Shown here: piece after piece, positions 13,837-26,925 of the stretch
How the letters are laid out: each line of letters opens with the position of its first letter
How positions within the stretch are numbered: the stretch's first letter is position 1
Assembly (NCBI GenBank): GCA_951406725.2
Contig: OX597821.1
Span: forward strand, 35,774,001-35,838,000
Origin: Octopus vulgaris
Taxonomy: Eukaryota
Direction of reading: 5' to 3'
DNA length: 64,000 nt
Program-made: the position numbers and the translations under genes
Notes under the pieces: generated by a model
Told to the model about the DNA's origin: nothing
What the model saw: only the letters and a program-made list of their open reading frames with translations
Databases searched by the model: none

Positions 13837-13997
13837 GCGCGCGCGCGTGTGTGTATGTGTGTGTATACACACGACGGGCTTCTTTCAGTTCCCATATACC
13901 AAATCCACTCGCAAGGCTTTAGTCGGCCGAGGTTATAGTAGAAGACACTTGCCCAAGTTGCCACACAGTGGGACTGAACCCGGAATCATGTGGTTGA
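13185..13997 (-). mobile_element. tRNA-derived SINE split by insertions, including an inverted-repeat element at ~13600-13800
   Basis: SINE 3' half at 13185-13410 and 5' half at 13870-13997. Between them, gaggcttccaaataggaaaact...ggttttcctatttggaagccac form inverted arms. Confidence 0.75.
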
Positions 13998-13999
13998 GA

Positions 14000-14085
14000 A
14001 GGGCAAGTGTATTCTGCTATAGCCACGTTTCTTCGACCAAAACCTTCTGACTGGATTTGGTAGACAGAAAGTGAGAGAACCACGT

Positions 14086-14141
<56 letters not shown>

Positions 14142-14310
14142 TCCACGTAACTTAGCAGTTCAGCGTTAAGAGACAATAGAACAAGTGCTAGGCTTACAAA
14201 GAATATGTCCTGAGGTCGACTTCCTCGACTAAAACCCTTTTAAGGTGGTGCTCCATCATGGCTGCAATCAAATGACTGTATCAAGGAAAAGAATAAAAGA
14301 GTAAAAGAAT
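14000..14310 (+). mobile_element. 5'-truncated tRNA-derived SINE
   Basis: Similarity to 44767-45174, including the tail. Confidence 0.75.
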
Positions 14311-14416
14311 ATTGTCTGTCAAGAAACGAAATGCAAAATCTTAGAAAGTTGTAATGGTGTAGTATTTGCAAGAAATGTAGCCGCACACATTCGAAAAAGA
14401 AAACTAGTATGAACAT

Positions 14417-14575
14417 CAGGGCCGTGTTTGCGGTTTTCTAGCTGCTCGGACAATTCAGTGTACTGAGCATTATGGTGTCTTTTATTTATAGAAAGCCACT
14501 ATGTACTTTCGGGCCCCTAGACCCTGAGTGCCCCTGGGCGATTTCGCAGTGTGCTCCTGCCTTAAGACGCCCCTG
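14417..14575. mobile_element. Possible hAT-type MITE
   Basis: Termini CAGGGCCGT...ACGCCCCTG form a short imperfect TIR in a GC-rich island. No TSD is visible. Confidence 0.4.
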
Positions 14576-16002
14576 ATCGGTATAAATAAAATTGGAAAGT
14601 AAGTTTAGGTGATGTCACTCTATGTTTTACTTCGTCCGTCAATCTACAATGATAAAAGCGAAATTCCGTTTTGTCCGTCTGGAACCCCTGTTTTTCAGTC
14701 TATATTTGCTCTACATAGACATATTATAGCTTTTTGAAATCAGAATGATCCGGAATTGAAAATCTGCCCTTCATTTGGTTCTTAAACATCCAGCATTGAA
14801 ATCTGATTTCTAGCAGCTAAATTCTGGCTGATTCGCTCCATCTTGTTTGGCGTTTGTCAGATATACTTCAGAGGTCAAGGAGGAGATAAATGACATTTGC
14901 TTGATAAATGACATTTGTTAATTTTACGTGACTAGAATGTTGGGACAAAGTGGCCAACAGCTGGGATTCAACTTGGGACTGGAACAATGGAATGATTGCA
15001 TTACAGAATTAACTCTTATCTGTCCTTAAGCTCTGATCAAACATCACCGGGGTATAATAGTCATTCAAGGCGTATTGTAGTCATGCTATGTAGCTTATTT
15101 AAGTTTCGGGTCGCAGGTCCATTTGGCCCTCTGCAAAAGCTATCGTAAATGTCCGCACGGACTGCAGCTTTTAAGCTAGTCTATAATATTTTATTTACTT
15201 TCTGTGACTCACCCGGTACGTCAAGGATAGGCAAAGAAAGCGAGCAACACAAGAACATAGTAAGAAAGGATAAATATATGGTTGGTAGGGATTTGTAAAT
15301 TGAGTAACTTTCAAATACAGAGATTTTTACAAATATTTCCTCAATGAACTTGTAAATCAAGTGTAGGATATAACACACACACACACACACACACACATAC
15401 ATAAACAACCCCGCATAAAGCATGCACATGCACAAATAAACACACATGTACACACACACATGTACACACACATGCACACACAAGCACACACTCATAAACA
15501 CACAGGCGCACACGCACATACACACATCATACACACGCGGCCGCTCGCGCACACAGATACATATTCACACATAAACGCACGCACAGATGCACACATGAAT
15601 GCACACACACATGCACACATAAACGCACAAGCACACACACAATCGCATATATATATATAAACGAAACTGTCCATGTGTGCACGCGCATGTGTGCGCCCGT
15701 GCACGTGTGTGTGCATTTGTGTGTGTTTGTGTGTTTGTATGTGTGCGTATTTGTGTATGTGTCTGTTTGCGTGTGTAATGATTTCCATTAGATAAAGCGA
15801 TGCTAAATAACCAGCTTCTAAATACACTTTAGTGTCAGGAACATGAATTACGTAGTCAACTTTACAGCTGCTTTTGTTAAATGAAGCTGAGTGCAGGTAC
15901 AGCATCGTATCGCTTCTGTGAGGACCATCAAACTGAACAGTTTAATCAATGGAATTAATTACGCAATAAAAAATTCTTCTATCCTCATTCAACAATTAAT
16001 AT

Positions 16003-16450
16003 GTCATCATCATCATTGTTCGACCGTGGTCGAGACAATGGAATTCACCATGCTACGCCAGACTTCACGGTCCATCATGGCATTACGGAGGTCCTGTTGC
16101 TGGATGCCTGTATCCCTGGAGATTACATCAGGGTAGGAGAGTGTGCGCCCTCTGGTATTGCGAGTAGATGGCTTCCAGAGGAGAAAAGTAGAAATTACCT
16201 CTTTTTCAGCTCTACAACAACGTCCAGCAAACTGGACTTTCCTACCTTTCACAAGAGATGGCACAGGTGGTAGTTTCCCTGCCTGAAAGGAGCGGAGACT
16301 TGTTGTTCTAACCACAGGTGGCCTTCGCGTGGTTTTGTTTATGATAGACCATGTATTGCGATCACAAGGACCACGCATAGGCCAACCGCCTTAACCAGGC
16401 AATAAAGTGGTAGAACACCTGTGGTTAGAACAAGTCTCCGCTCCTTTCAC
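16003..16450 (-). mobile_element. RTE-clade LINE 3' fragment with adjacent inverted-repeat segment
   Basis: RGRTLSYPDVISRDTG...AMMDREVWRSMV is an RTE C-terminus, ending in (TGA)n. 16282-16320 and 16417-16449 are inverted copies. Confidence 0.75.
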
Positions 16451-16830
16451 CCATCAAAATGCAGAGACTTAATCAATGGCTACAGCTATACTTCTTGGAC
16501 ACGACTTAACGTTGATCACGACGTTGATATAAGCATACATAAGATTTTCACTATTCTATTTAAGACCTCACTAGCTTTTTCCATCGACACTCCCCAACGG
16601 GCATCTGGGCTATTTCTCTCCTTTTTATAATAAGATTATTTCGATATTGTTTTTTTCTTTCTTTTATTATTTTTTTTTATCTTATTTATTCAACATCATT
16701 TGAATTCCATGTTTAACTGAATATTGTTAGCGGCTTAGTTTTCTTTCACGTGTGGTATATAAACTCCTGAATTTCACCAGTATTATCGTTTAAACAATTG
16801 CTAGGTTATGTTCCCGTAATTCCTTTATAT

Positions 16831-17073
16831 AATAATTGCAGCGTGAAAGGTGTTTATAAGCCATTTAAGAAACACGCTAAAACCGTTAGATTCACTTCAA
16901 CATTTAAATTTAATTTGCCTAAATATTTTCGTCGCTTTGAGACCGCGATCTGTTCACTGACAAAATTCTGTGCTGCATCTCGGAGCCCATTCAAATTTAA
17001 ATGTTGAAGTGAATCTAACGGTTTTTATGTGTTTCTTAAATGGCTTATAAACACCTTCAACGCTGCAATTGTT
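16831..17073. mobile_element. Fold-back element (~80-bp arms) enclosing a hammerhead-like motif with GTGAACA core (16912-16967, minus strand)
   Basis: Arms aattgcagcg...cttcaacatttaaattt and aaatttaaatgttgaag...cgctgcaatt. The spacer reads aattttgtca-GTGAACA-gaTCGC-ggtctcaaa-GCGAc-GAA-AATATT-T-aggcaaatt. Confidence 0.75.
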
Positions 17074-17648
17074 TTCGTTCCAGCACACGATCTCAGAAAA
17101 GGTCACTTGCTATGCAAGTACATCTCCATAATAACATTTATATAATATTCTCACCAATTACAGTTTACTCTTCAGCCATTACACTTGTTGGCTCACCCCA
17201 TCCTCACACATGCCTTTTGTGTTTTCAATATTTTTTTCACTCTTTGTATTTATTGTACATTTTTCTCACTAGATATACTGTTTAACAGAATTTTTTTTAC
17301 TTAGTCATTCACCTTTCCAACATATTGTAACCAACAATACTGTCATACCTAGAGACTCCAAACGTCAGGACCTTAAACTTATCTCCAAACAAAATGATTA
17401 TATCATACAAGCACTCACCCACTCCTCCTCTCTACCTAACTTTTTCCTGTAGAGCCGCATTCCTATCTGGATCCTAAACATTTTTCTTTTCCAATAAATT
17501 TTGGCCTCTATTTTTTACATATTCATTCTGTTCTCTTTTGTGTTTGTTGAAGAACAAGTGTCCAGAACAAAAGACTCCTTCTTTTTTTTGAAACGTTAAA
17601 ATAACCATACCACTGTTAAAACTCGTTCCACTCGTTTTGTGTTCGTAA

Positions 17649-17682
<34 letters not shown>

Positions 17683-17890
17683 TGTGTGTAACTGCATGCA
17701 TGTATGAGTGTATGTATATGTGTGGTGTGAGTGTGTAGATTTGTAGTGAATGGTCTTACCTTACCTATATATGTATCGGCAGAATAGAGACTAGGCTTAC
17801 AAAGTACAAGTCCTGAGGTCGGTTTGTTCGACTAAAACGGTGCTCCAGCATGGCCACAGTCAAATGACTAAAACGAATAACACTATATAT

Positions 17891-17961
<71 letters not shown>

Positions 17962-18123
17962 GGAATATTATTCCAAACTTACAGGAAAAAATTCATGGTG
18001 TTTTTTTTTTTATTTATATATATATATTGTTGTATTTGGTGATGCTCATATTGCCAGTTTAGCCAATAAAATTACACGCACTATATATTTGGTGTTACCT
18101 TGCTTCAGCTTTATTTTATACTA

Positions 18124-18755
18124 CTAGCAGCTAACCCCGGTTTCACCCGGTCTGTTTGGATGATATGACTGTCATCGTTTTTGGCTAGGCATAATGTATA
18201 ACAGCGTTTCTCAACTTTATCATTTCGGGTCCCCTGTTTCGATTGAAGCTTCCAACTGTATGAAAATTACCTGACGCCCCCCTTGTCAGAAAACAACTTC
18301 AGGAGTTGTGAAGAACGAATTTGTACGTAGTCTGTTTCTGCGAGCTAGTCTCTATCTAATGATTAAAACGTTGGGCGATCTTTCTATATGGGAACACATG
18401 ACTGTCACTTACAAACGACATATAAACCACGTGTGTTTATTTACATGTTTGAAGATGATCGTCGGTTTCCGTGAAATTTTTTGATTTTTTTAATATGGGG
18501 TTGGGTGGAAAGGGGTTTCTTTTGAAGTCGGTGTGAAAGCGAAAGAAACAGAGAGAACGCGATTGTTTGAGTGACGTTCTTTTGAAGTTGGCATGAAGCG
18601 GAAGAATTGATGTGCGTCCGTTTATGTGTGTGTGTGTGTGTGAAAGAGTGTGTGTATTTGATGGAGTGTGCGAGACAGAATGTGTGGTGTGTATGTGAAT
18701 TGCTTTTGTTAGTGTGTGTGAAGAGACAGAGTAATGTTGCTGGTGCGTGTGTGTA

Positions 18756-18788
<33 letters not shown>

Positions 18789-19311
18789 TAACTAAAATTT
18801 TTTATTCGCTTTTTGTAGTGAGAGAATGTGTAAGTGAGTGACAGAGAAAAAGCAAGAGAGAGAGAGAGACGTTATGTATGTATGTATGTATGTATGTATG
18901 AATGTATGTTTCTATGCATATATGTATGACTGGTTTCAGTGACACACACAAACACGCACGCACGCAGGTTGTTATGTATGTATGTATGTATGTATGTATG
19001 TATGTATGTATGTATGTATGTATGTATGGCTTTGGCTGACTGTCATCCTCAACTCTCCTTGTTGCTAGCGAAATGGTATATGCCGGCTGTGTGAGCAACT
19101 GGTTGTTTTAATGGGGGAATTCCATTAGAAAAAGTTTTAATCGATTTTCTCGGTAACTGTGGAGGCTAGAAAAAAAATACAAACCGCATTCCAATCTATG
19201 CACCCATCTCCACATGTGTGCCATTTCTCACGCGAATCCACAGCCGTTTGGCTGTGATCCTCAAGACAAGAAAGAATACAACGATCGCCCATGTCCAATT
19301 TCTATTATAGA
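18124..19311 (-). mobile_element. Non-autonomous Helitron-like element
   Basis: Minus strand begins A|TC and ends with hairpin CCGGgtgaaaCCGG then CTAG|T. No TSD. Confidence 0.7.
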
Positions 19312-22300
19312 TTAATTGTATTTCGGCTGGAGTTCTTCCGTTACACTTCTCTGACCTCATCAGTGGTTCTTTGCTTTCTTCTTTCTTTTTTGTGTGTCTC
19401 TCCTTACTAATAATCTGCCAGTTTGTATTCCTATTGCATATGTCTTTATATGCGCATGCGTATAGCCCTGTGTGTGTCTATATTTCGTGTGTGGGTGGGG
19501 GATGTGCCTGCATTATCAGTATCCCCTTTTTATACACGTTCCTTTAATGTACTTTTATTTATTTTATTCATATGTTTATATCTACTCACTTTTTCTTTAC
19601 TTTCTATTTAAACATAACAACAACACGAGCGACAACAGCAATATGAGCAACAATAACCGCAGCATCAACAACAACACGAACAACAACAACAATCACAACA
19701 ACAATACGAACAACAATGTTTCTTTTTGTATTAATTTGAGTTAATTTATTTTGTTAATGTACATAGTTATTTAATTCTATTTATTTATCTGTGTATTGTA
19801 TTATATTCATATTATTATCAGTTTATGGGGATCTTATTCTCTCTTAGATTGTAGTGTGTTGGGGTGTGTGCCAGTGTTCCATTCTAGTTTCCTGTTCAGG
19901 CTAGGTTTATCTTCTATTATGTGTGTAGCTTCCATAATTTCTCTAAACGTTGCGTCTGTTCTATGTGTGGACAAAATTTTAACTTCTATATTGTTGAGTG
20001 AGCCCCCGTGTTCCTGCTCGGCGTGCTAGTACAGAACCCATGAGCTTTTCTCTTCCTTAAGTTCCCTTAAGCTCATGTACCCACTCCCCTATGCTCCGTT
20101 CTTTTTCCCCTACGTACGTCGTTGTCTTGTTACTGCACTGTCCCTCTGTAAATCTTATACTATAAACTACATCCCTAGCTTTACAGTTTGTTTGTGGGCT
20201 AAATCTATATACAATAAAGTCCCTATCAGTACAGAGGGGCTCTACTAAAACGGTAGGTTCTACCGATTAGGGATTTGATAGGGTCACCTGGCCTTTCTAC
20301 AAACTTAATTCTTAGCTTAAGTATGTCTAGGGCTCTTCTAAAGTGGTACGTCAGTTCGCCTCTAGGGGTGGTTTCGACGAACATGACACTCCGATATTTG
20401 TGGCTATCATACCATTAGTTGGTCTTCCCTATTTTCTTCTTAGTCCTTTCAAAGGTGTTCCATGATTTGCTCCAGTAGAGTGGGCAAATCCCATTCCTAT
20501 CGTTAAGAAGGATAGTTTCAAATTTCCTCATGGCTCCTTTGTATACTCTGATCCTTTCTCTATGGCTGTATCCTGAGAACTGCATGCGGTGAACGAAGTA
20601 TTGTATGTGTGTCTTTAACTCCGTAGAGTTACATGTGCGGGACACATTTCTCATTACTCTGATGAGGTCTGCCATCAATGTATTGAATTTGGCATTGTCC
20701 GCAATAGCTGAAATTCCAGTGAATCAGGTATTTGGAGGCCATAGGTTTGGCATAGTGTGAGTGAATGATTTGGGTTTTATTACTCATAGTTTCAAGCCAG
20801 ATTTCTATATCTAGTACTGGTAGTCTATGGTTAGGGTGTCACGTAGGGTAGTCTATCGGGACCTTAATACACTGGTGGATGGAATTAAGTATTTGCTGGA
20901 TGCTCTCCATAGTATTAATTTCTATTTCTATTTCTATTTCAAGAGTACTCTCTTGTGGGGGTGCCTTTTCCACTGTGTTGATATTATCAACATAGCGAGA
21001 GTACATGAGTATGGTGTTCGGTGTCAGACGTTCTTTAAGCCTTCTGTCCCACCATACCATGAAAAGGTTGGTCACATCACCGATGGCTGCCCCTTCATCC
21101 TGGGCGTATATTTTGTTAAACTTAAACGAGAGGCCTTTTAGGGTAACTCTTATACTAGTTCCTAGTGCATGTGCGATCATTTTCTTTACTGGATATTTGT
21201 TTTCGGTGGTCTGTATGGCTCTGGTCCATCCCCTCCATCTCTCTATAGGAGTCTTCCTAGCCATAGATGTAATTGTGGGTGGTCTACCTCTTAAATGTCT
21301 ACTGAGGAAGAAACTTCTAAAGCCATGTTTGTCTAGGTATTCATTGTCATATGTCAGTCTAAGTAGGAGGCCCAGTTCCTCTGTGTTGACATTGCGGAAC
21401 TCCACTTCGCTCTCGCTGATCATCTCCACGCACTTCTCCACCACAAAATCCACGTCGATCGATGGGTGTAGGCATACCACATCCATGCTTCCCACTATAC
21501 ATCCTGTCAGGTCGCAGGTGTTGCTACAGTTGATTCAGCGCTGTCACAAACATCAGGTGACATCTGGATTATGGGCCGTAGGATCATTGAGAGGAAGTAG
21601 GATATCCTGTAGTTGCTAGCGATATTCGATCCACAGACTGGTCTTGTTGGTGGTTACGCCACTGGATCTGTGGTTAATTTGTAGTCCTTGCAGAGTGTCT
21701 ACAGCGTCGGAATATCATTGTTCCAGACTTGGAAATTGTTGGCCGTTCATTTCTGAGGTCCAAGAACAATTACCAATATCATCATGTGGGCGTTGAGGAC
21801 TTTTTATATCTCCTCATGCGCCTGTAGAGTTGTTACTTTCATATTGGCGATGTGAGGTTGCATTGCCTGGATGTAGTTCCGCAAGCTGCCTATCGACAAC
21901 CTGCCGGACTTATCTGTGGAAAAGTATGCCACATCTCTGTTCCTCCACCGCTACATGAGCTTACGTAGGCCACACTCGGGCATATTCCCGAGATTTTGGG
22001 CCTCTGTCTTATTCTGTCTCTTAGTGTATAGTTCTAAAATCGAAGTTTGGTCCTATCTATAGTGAATTGTGCTTCCAAGTGGTCACTAATATATCTTGGG
22101 ATGCAGACCCTCATGCTGTAAGATTTGTCACATATGGTGCATTGGGTGTCAAGGGGGTGGGTATTCTTGTTGTTGGCCCTTCTAGTGTTATCTTCGTCAC
22201 TACCACTACCATTACTTACTGCTACAAACCATCAACCACACTACCACAGCCACCACTAACTCCACCACCACCACCACCACCACCACCACTGCTACCACCA

Positions 22301-22800
22301 CTGCCGCTACTACTATTACTGCCACCACCACTATTACTACTACCACCATTCCTATCTCTCTGATTATCGCTAGCGATATTTTCGTTGTTCTTGTACCTGG
22401 TGTAGGTGTATGTGTTGTTTATATTACTGTTGGTTCTTATGTCTGCCTGTTGGTCCCTGCCATTCCACCTGTTGTGGTTGTTGTTTCTGTTCCTAGCAGC
22501 AGTGTTTTCTGTTTCACGTCTACTGACCCCCTGTCCAAGAATTCTGTTGCATTCAACTTTACTCACCCCCATGACCCACATGACCCTACTTTTATTCGTG
22601 TCCTTGTACCTACGGTCATCTGCGTGTGTGTGTCTGGTTGATAATTTATGAAGAATTAGGGACCTTCTGTGTCTCTCTTCCGTCCGTTTGTGCACTCAGT
22701 ATACATTATACGTTTTTACATTTCGTTTGTATATTTATTGAACATTTTTTCACTTATTAAGTACCAGAACCCAACGCCCCTTGCCTTTCATTAACAGCTT
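19312..22800 (-). mobile_element. Decayed near-full-length Penelope-like element (RT + GIY-YIG), with a degenerate hammerhead at 19312-19370
   Basis: Fragments GSMDVVCLHPSID, YAQDEGAAIG, MYSRYVDNI, LPVLDIEIW, HRMQFSGY, CKARDVVY, TYVGEK and IIEDKPSLN are interrupted by stops and frameshifts. CTGATGA...CAGCC-GAAAT lies at the 3' end. Confidence 0.85.
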
Positions 22801-22805
22801 TCTTT

Positions 22806-22882
<77 letters not shown>

Positions 22883-22884
22883 AT

Positions 22885-24485
22885 GAGATCAAATACTGAC
22901 CTGTTGTAGGCCCTGATAGATTTCCCGTTAGTCTCCTGAAGGAATGTAGATACTAACTTGCAGTGCCTCTAACCAGCCTCTGGAGAAATTCTTCAGACAC
23001 AGAGAATATACCGAAACTGCTTTTATCCCACCCTGACATCCCTGTTTTCAAACAAGGAATGAGATCCCGCGCAGTAAACTATCGCCCAATCTCACTCACC
23101 CCACGTATCATTAAAGTATTTGAAAGATTGGTGAGATCAAAGATAGCTGTCTTCTCGGAGAACCACAATCTCCTATATTCAAACCACCATGGCTCTTGAT
23201 GCGGCAGGGGCTGTCTAATACAGCTCTTACACTACACCGATGATATATTTAAAGCCTTGGAATCAGGTTCGAATTCTGATGTCATATATCTTGACTTCAG
23301 CAAAGCGCTCAACATAGTCGACCATAATATCCTACTGTTGAAGTTGTCAAATTTTGGTATCCGTGGAAAACTTCAACACAGGACTGAGTATTTTCTGGAG
23401 AACAGAACACATGTTGTGATCGGTGGAATCCACTCAAGCCCCAGCAAAATATAGACTATTTATAGTCTATATGCACGACCTTTACAGCGTCATAAAACAT
23501 AGCAAAGTGAAAATATTCGGCGATGACTTTCAGCCCCAGAAAATTATAAATGAAGAAGACTGAACTGAACTCCAGTCTGATCTACATGCTTTTAGTCAAT
23601 GGGCAGACAAAAACGAAATGCAACTAAACGAGGGAAAATTTGAACTGATGCATTTTGGAAGAAAGACTATATTAAAACAGCCACACCCTCTTCTTTCAGG
23701 GAAACGGTTCACAGCATCTAAGAATATCATTCACCTAGGAATAATTGCTGATAACAATCTCAGCTGGAGTGCCCACATCAACAATAAGGTTGATATAGCT
23801 CGTAGGATGAACTCGTGGATCCTAAGAAACTTCTGGTCCAGAGAACTAGGTGACATCATTCCTCTTTTCTCCTCCTTTTTACGTCGACACCTCGAATACT
23901 GCTGCTCCCCGTGGTCTTCACATATAAAACTAAACATCTCGAAAATTGAATCATCCCAGAGGCCACTAAAAGAATTAAGGGCATGACTGATCTCGATTAC
24001 TAGGGCCACCTTAAAGCATTGAAATTTTGTTCACTTCAGTGCCGAGGTAAGCGATAAATCATTTGCATGATGTGGAGAAGATACCACCAGCTTTACCCAG
24101 ATGACCTCAACATTAGCTTCAAAATTCATCGAAGGCTACGACCACAGGTCATACGTCCCCTACCCTGTTAAGGATCCCAGCACACAAATACACTGCTACA
24201 CAATTTCTATTCTTCAACTGGCCCTGCCCTATTTAACGTTGGTCCCGAAGTAGATCAAAGAGGAAAAGTATCTGATTACCTTTAAACGGAATCTGGGCAA
24301 ATTTCTTCAAGGAGTATCAGATAAGCCACCTTTACCTGGATACAACTCACTCAATAAGAACTCCCTACTCGAATTGATCATGATACTACAAAACTTGATT
24401 TAAAAAGGATTTAGCTAATCCTATCAGCTTGTGGTATTAAGTCAGACATGGCTTGGACCAAACTTTGGTCGAAATATATCTAAGT

Positions 24486-24487
<2 letters not shown>
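22885..24487 (+). mobile_element. 5'-truncated CR1/L2-like LINE reverse transcriptase relic
   Basis: NYRPISLT..IIKVFERLV, DVIYLDFSKA...VDH, MQLNEGKFELMHFG and HLEYCCSPWS, broken by stops. Confidence 0.85.
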
Positions 24488-24520
<33 letters not shown>

Positions 24521-25121
24521 TTGTGTATGTATGTATGTGTATATATATCTATATGTATGTATGTAGATATATATATATATATGTATGTATGAATATATAT
24601 GTATATAGATGTGTGTATATATATGTTATATATATGCATATATATATATACATACATACATATATATATGTGTGTGTGTGTATACATATAGATATATTTA
24701 TAAATAGATACATACATACATACATACATACATACACACGCATTTACAGAGTGAGTGCTTTCAACCGTGAATTGAAAAGAATATGTTGGAGTGGTGAAGG
24801 TTATTTCTTATATCCGGGGGTGGCATCTTGTATGGGTGGTTAGCTTATCTGTTTGTGTATTCATGTATCTGATGTATATATTTCTATACATATAGAAATA
24901 TATACCCCCAACACATACACATGTTACGTCAACTCATTGTTAAGCATTAATTTTGCGATCATCGTGCCACCTGTTCGATTCGTTTGGGTCAGGTGGTTCG
25001 GTGTGATGCAACTATGAATATGCTGTTTCATTTGGCATTGTTCCATTCTATTCAACTGCTAACCTGTTCAACTACTTTAACCTTTCAAATGACCCATTGT
25101 CGATGATCCACAGATGTCTAG

Positions 25122-25123
<2 letters not shown>

Positions 25124-25187
<64 letters not shown>
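25124..25187. repeat. (GA)n microsatellite
   Basis: Direct reading. Confidence 0.95.
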
Positions 25188-25192
<5 letters not shown>

Positions 25193-26207
25193 TATTACTT
25201 CTGCTCGAGAGTTAGCAGGTACCTATTGCAATTAGTGAAAACCTGCGGAAAAGGCGTGTCATTTGTTCTTAAAAATAAAATATAGCAGCTATATTTTATT
25301 TGCAAAAGTATGCAAATAAACAAACATACAAGTTAATCAAGTGAAAATAAAATTTCAACATGGTAAGTTTTCATGATAAAAAAAAAATGACAGATATATG
25401 TCTTTTCATGCATATAAAATATATTCACGTGTTCAAACATGTGTCCACTCAGATATCCCGTATACTTACGCACATAATGCATTCAACACTGAGGTTTTCA
25501 GCCAAATAGATATTAAATCGTTGTTCATTATATATTTGCTTCACCTTAGTATTTGGTTTTATTTGGAGAAATATGTATCTTCGTACTTGTTATTCTTATG
25601 TAATATAGACAAATCAACATACATTTGTATATGTATATACCTTTATATTTTACCCGTTTCGGTCATGAGTATACGGCATTATTGGGGCACCGCCTTCAAA
25701 GACTTTAGCCGAACGAATTGCGCACGCCGGCAGCTGTAGTTTTATATCGGAATAGTCTTCTACTAGACGAACGGACTGTCAAGTTAACGAGCTCCAGCTA
25801 CCCCTATACAACTGGATTCCTGTCGCTACTTATCCGCTCTTACTCCTCCTCCTCTTACTAGGAAGCAATTCCAGCCAGGCTAATGTCTAGCCGTGGAGCA
25901 GGCCAGGAGCTGCACTTAGTTGTCAGAGGTTATATACGATGCACGCATTACGAGATAGTTTCCTAGAAGGTGTTTTCCCCACTACCATTTCCTGCTTTAA
26001 AACCTTGGAACATATAAATATATACATACACACATGCATACATAAACACACATGCACGCGCACGCACATACATATATACATATACATATATATATATACA
26101 TATACATACATACATTTATACATACGTACTTACTTAACTTTTATATAATCACGACCCACTGATTATATATAGCCTATAGACCCTATATCCAATGAATATA
26201 TATATAG

Positions 26208-26371
26208 ACACAGGGTTGGCTGTGTAGTAAGTAGCTCGCTTACCAGCCACATGGCTCCGGGTTCAGTCCCAGTGTGTGGTACCTTGAGCAAGTGTGTCCT
26301 ACTATAGCCTCGGGCCGAGCAAAGCCTTGTGAGTGGATTTGGTAGACGGAAACTGAAAGAAGCCCGTCGTA

Positions 26372-26372
<1 letters not shown>
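26208..26372 (+). mobile_element. tRNA-derived SINE 5' half
   Basis: Matches the head of 44767-45174. Confidence 0.85.
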
Positions 26373-26409
<37 letters not shown>

Positions 26410-26672
26410 GTAATAATTAAAATATATGCATACATACAAACATATATGTACGTACATACATCTACATGTATATATACATGCATATATAAATAAATATACG
26501 TGAGTACAGGACACCACAACAGGACGTAGAAACGGGAAAAACATAAAATTATAACAAGAAAATAAGGAAAAGTCCCCGGTCATCAGCTGTCACTAGTTAG
26601 ACTCAAGCGTGTGTGTGTGTGTGTCTAATGATTTCCATTAGGTAAGGCAATACTAATAACCAACTTCTAAGT

Positions 26673-26925
26673 GGAGGCGCGTGGCTTAGTTGTTGGGGTG
26701 TCAGCATCATAATCGTAAGATTGTAGTTTCGATTCCTGGACCGGGCGACGCGTTGTGTTCTTGAGCAAAACACTTCATTTCACGTTGCTGCAGTCTACTC
26801 AACTGGCAAAAATGAGTAACGCTGCGATGGACTGGCGTCCCGTCCAGCTGGAGAACACATACGCCATAGAAACCGGGAAACCGCGCCCATGTCCCTGGCT
26901 AGGATTTAAAAGGGCGCATTTATTT
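26673..26925 (+). mobile_element. tRNA-derived SINE inserted into a locally duplicated segment
   Basis: GGAGGCGCGTGGCTTAGTTG...GTTTCGATTCC head. The flanks join to match 15770-16003. Confidence 0.8.

Noticed and set aside
22222-22695. Gly/Ser/Asn-rich 157-aa ORF
   Set aside because: Low-complexity (CCA)n region inside the 5' part of the decayed PLE.
26560-26610. CTGATGA on the minus strand (also CTGAAGA at ~54349)
   Set aside because: No stem II plus GAAA in register, so not counted as hammerheads.
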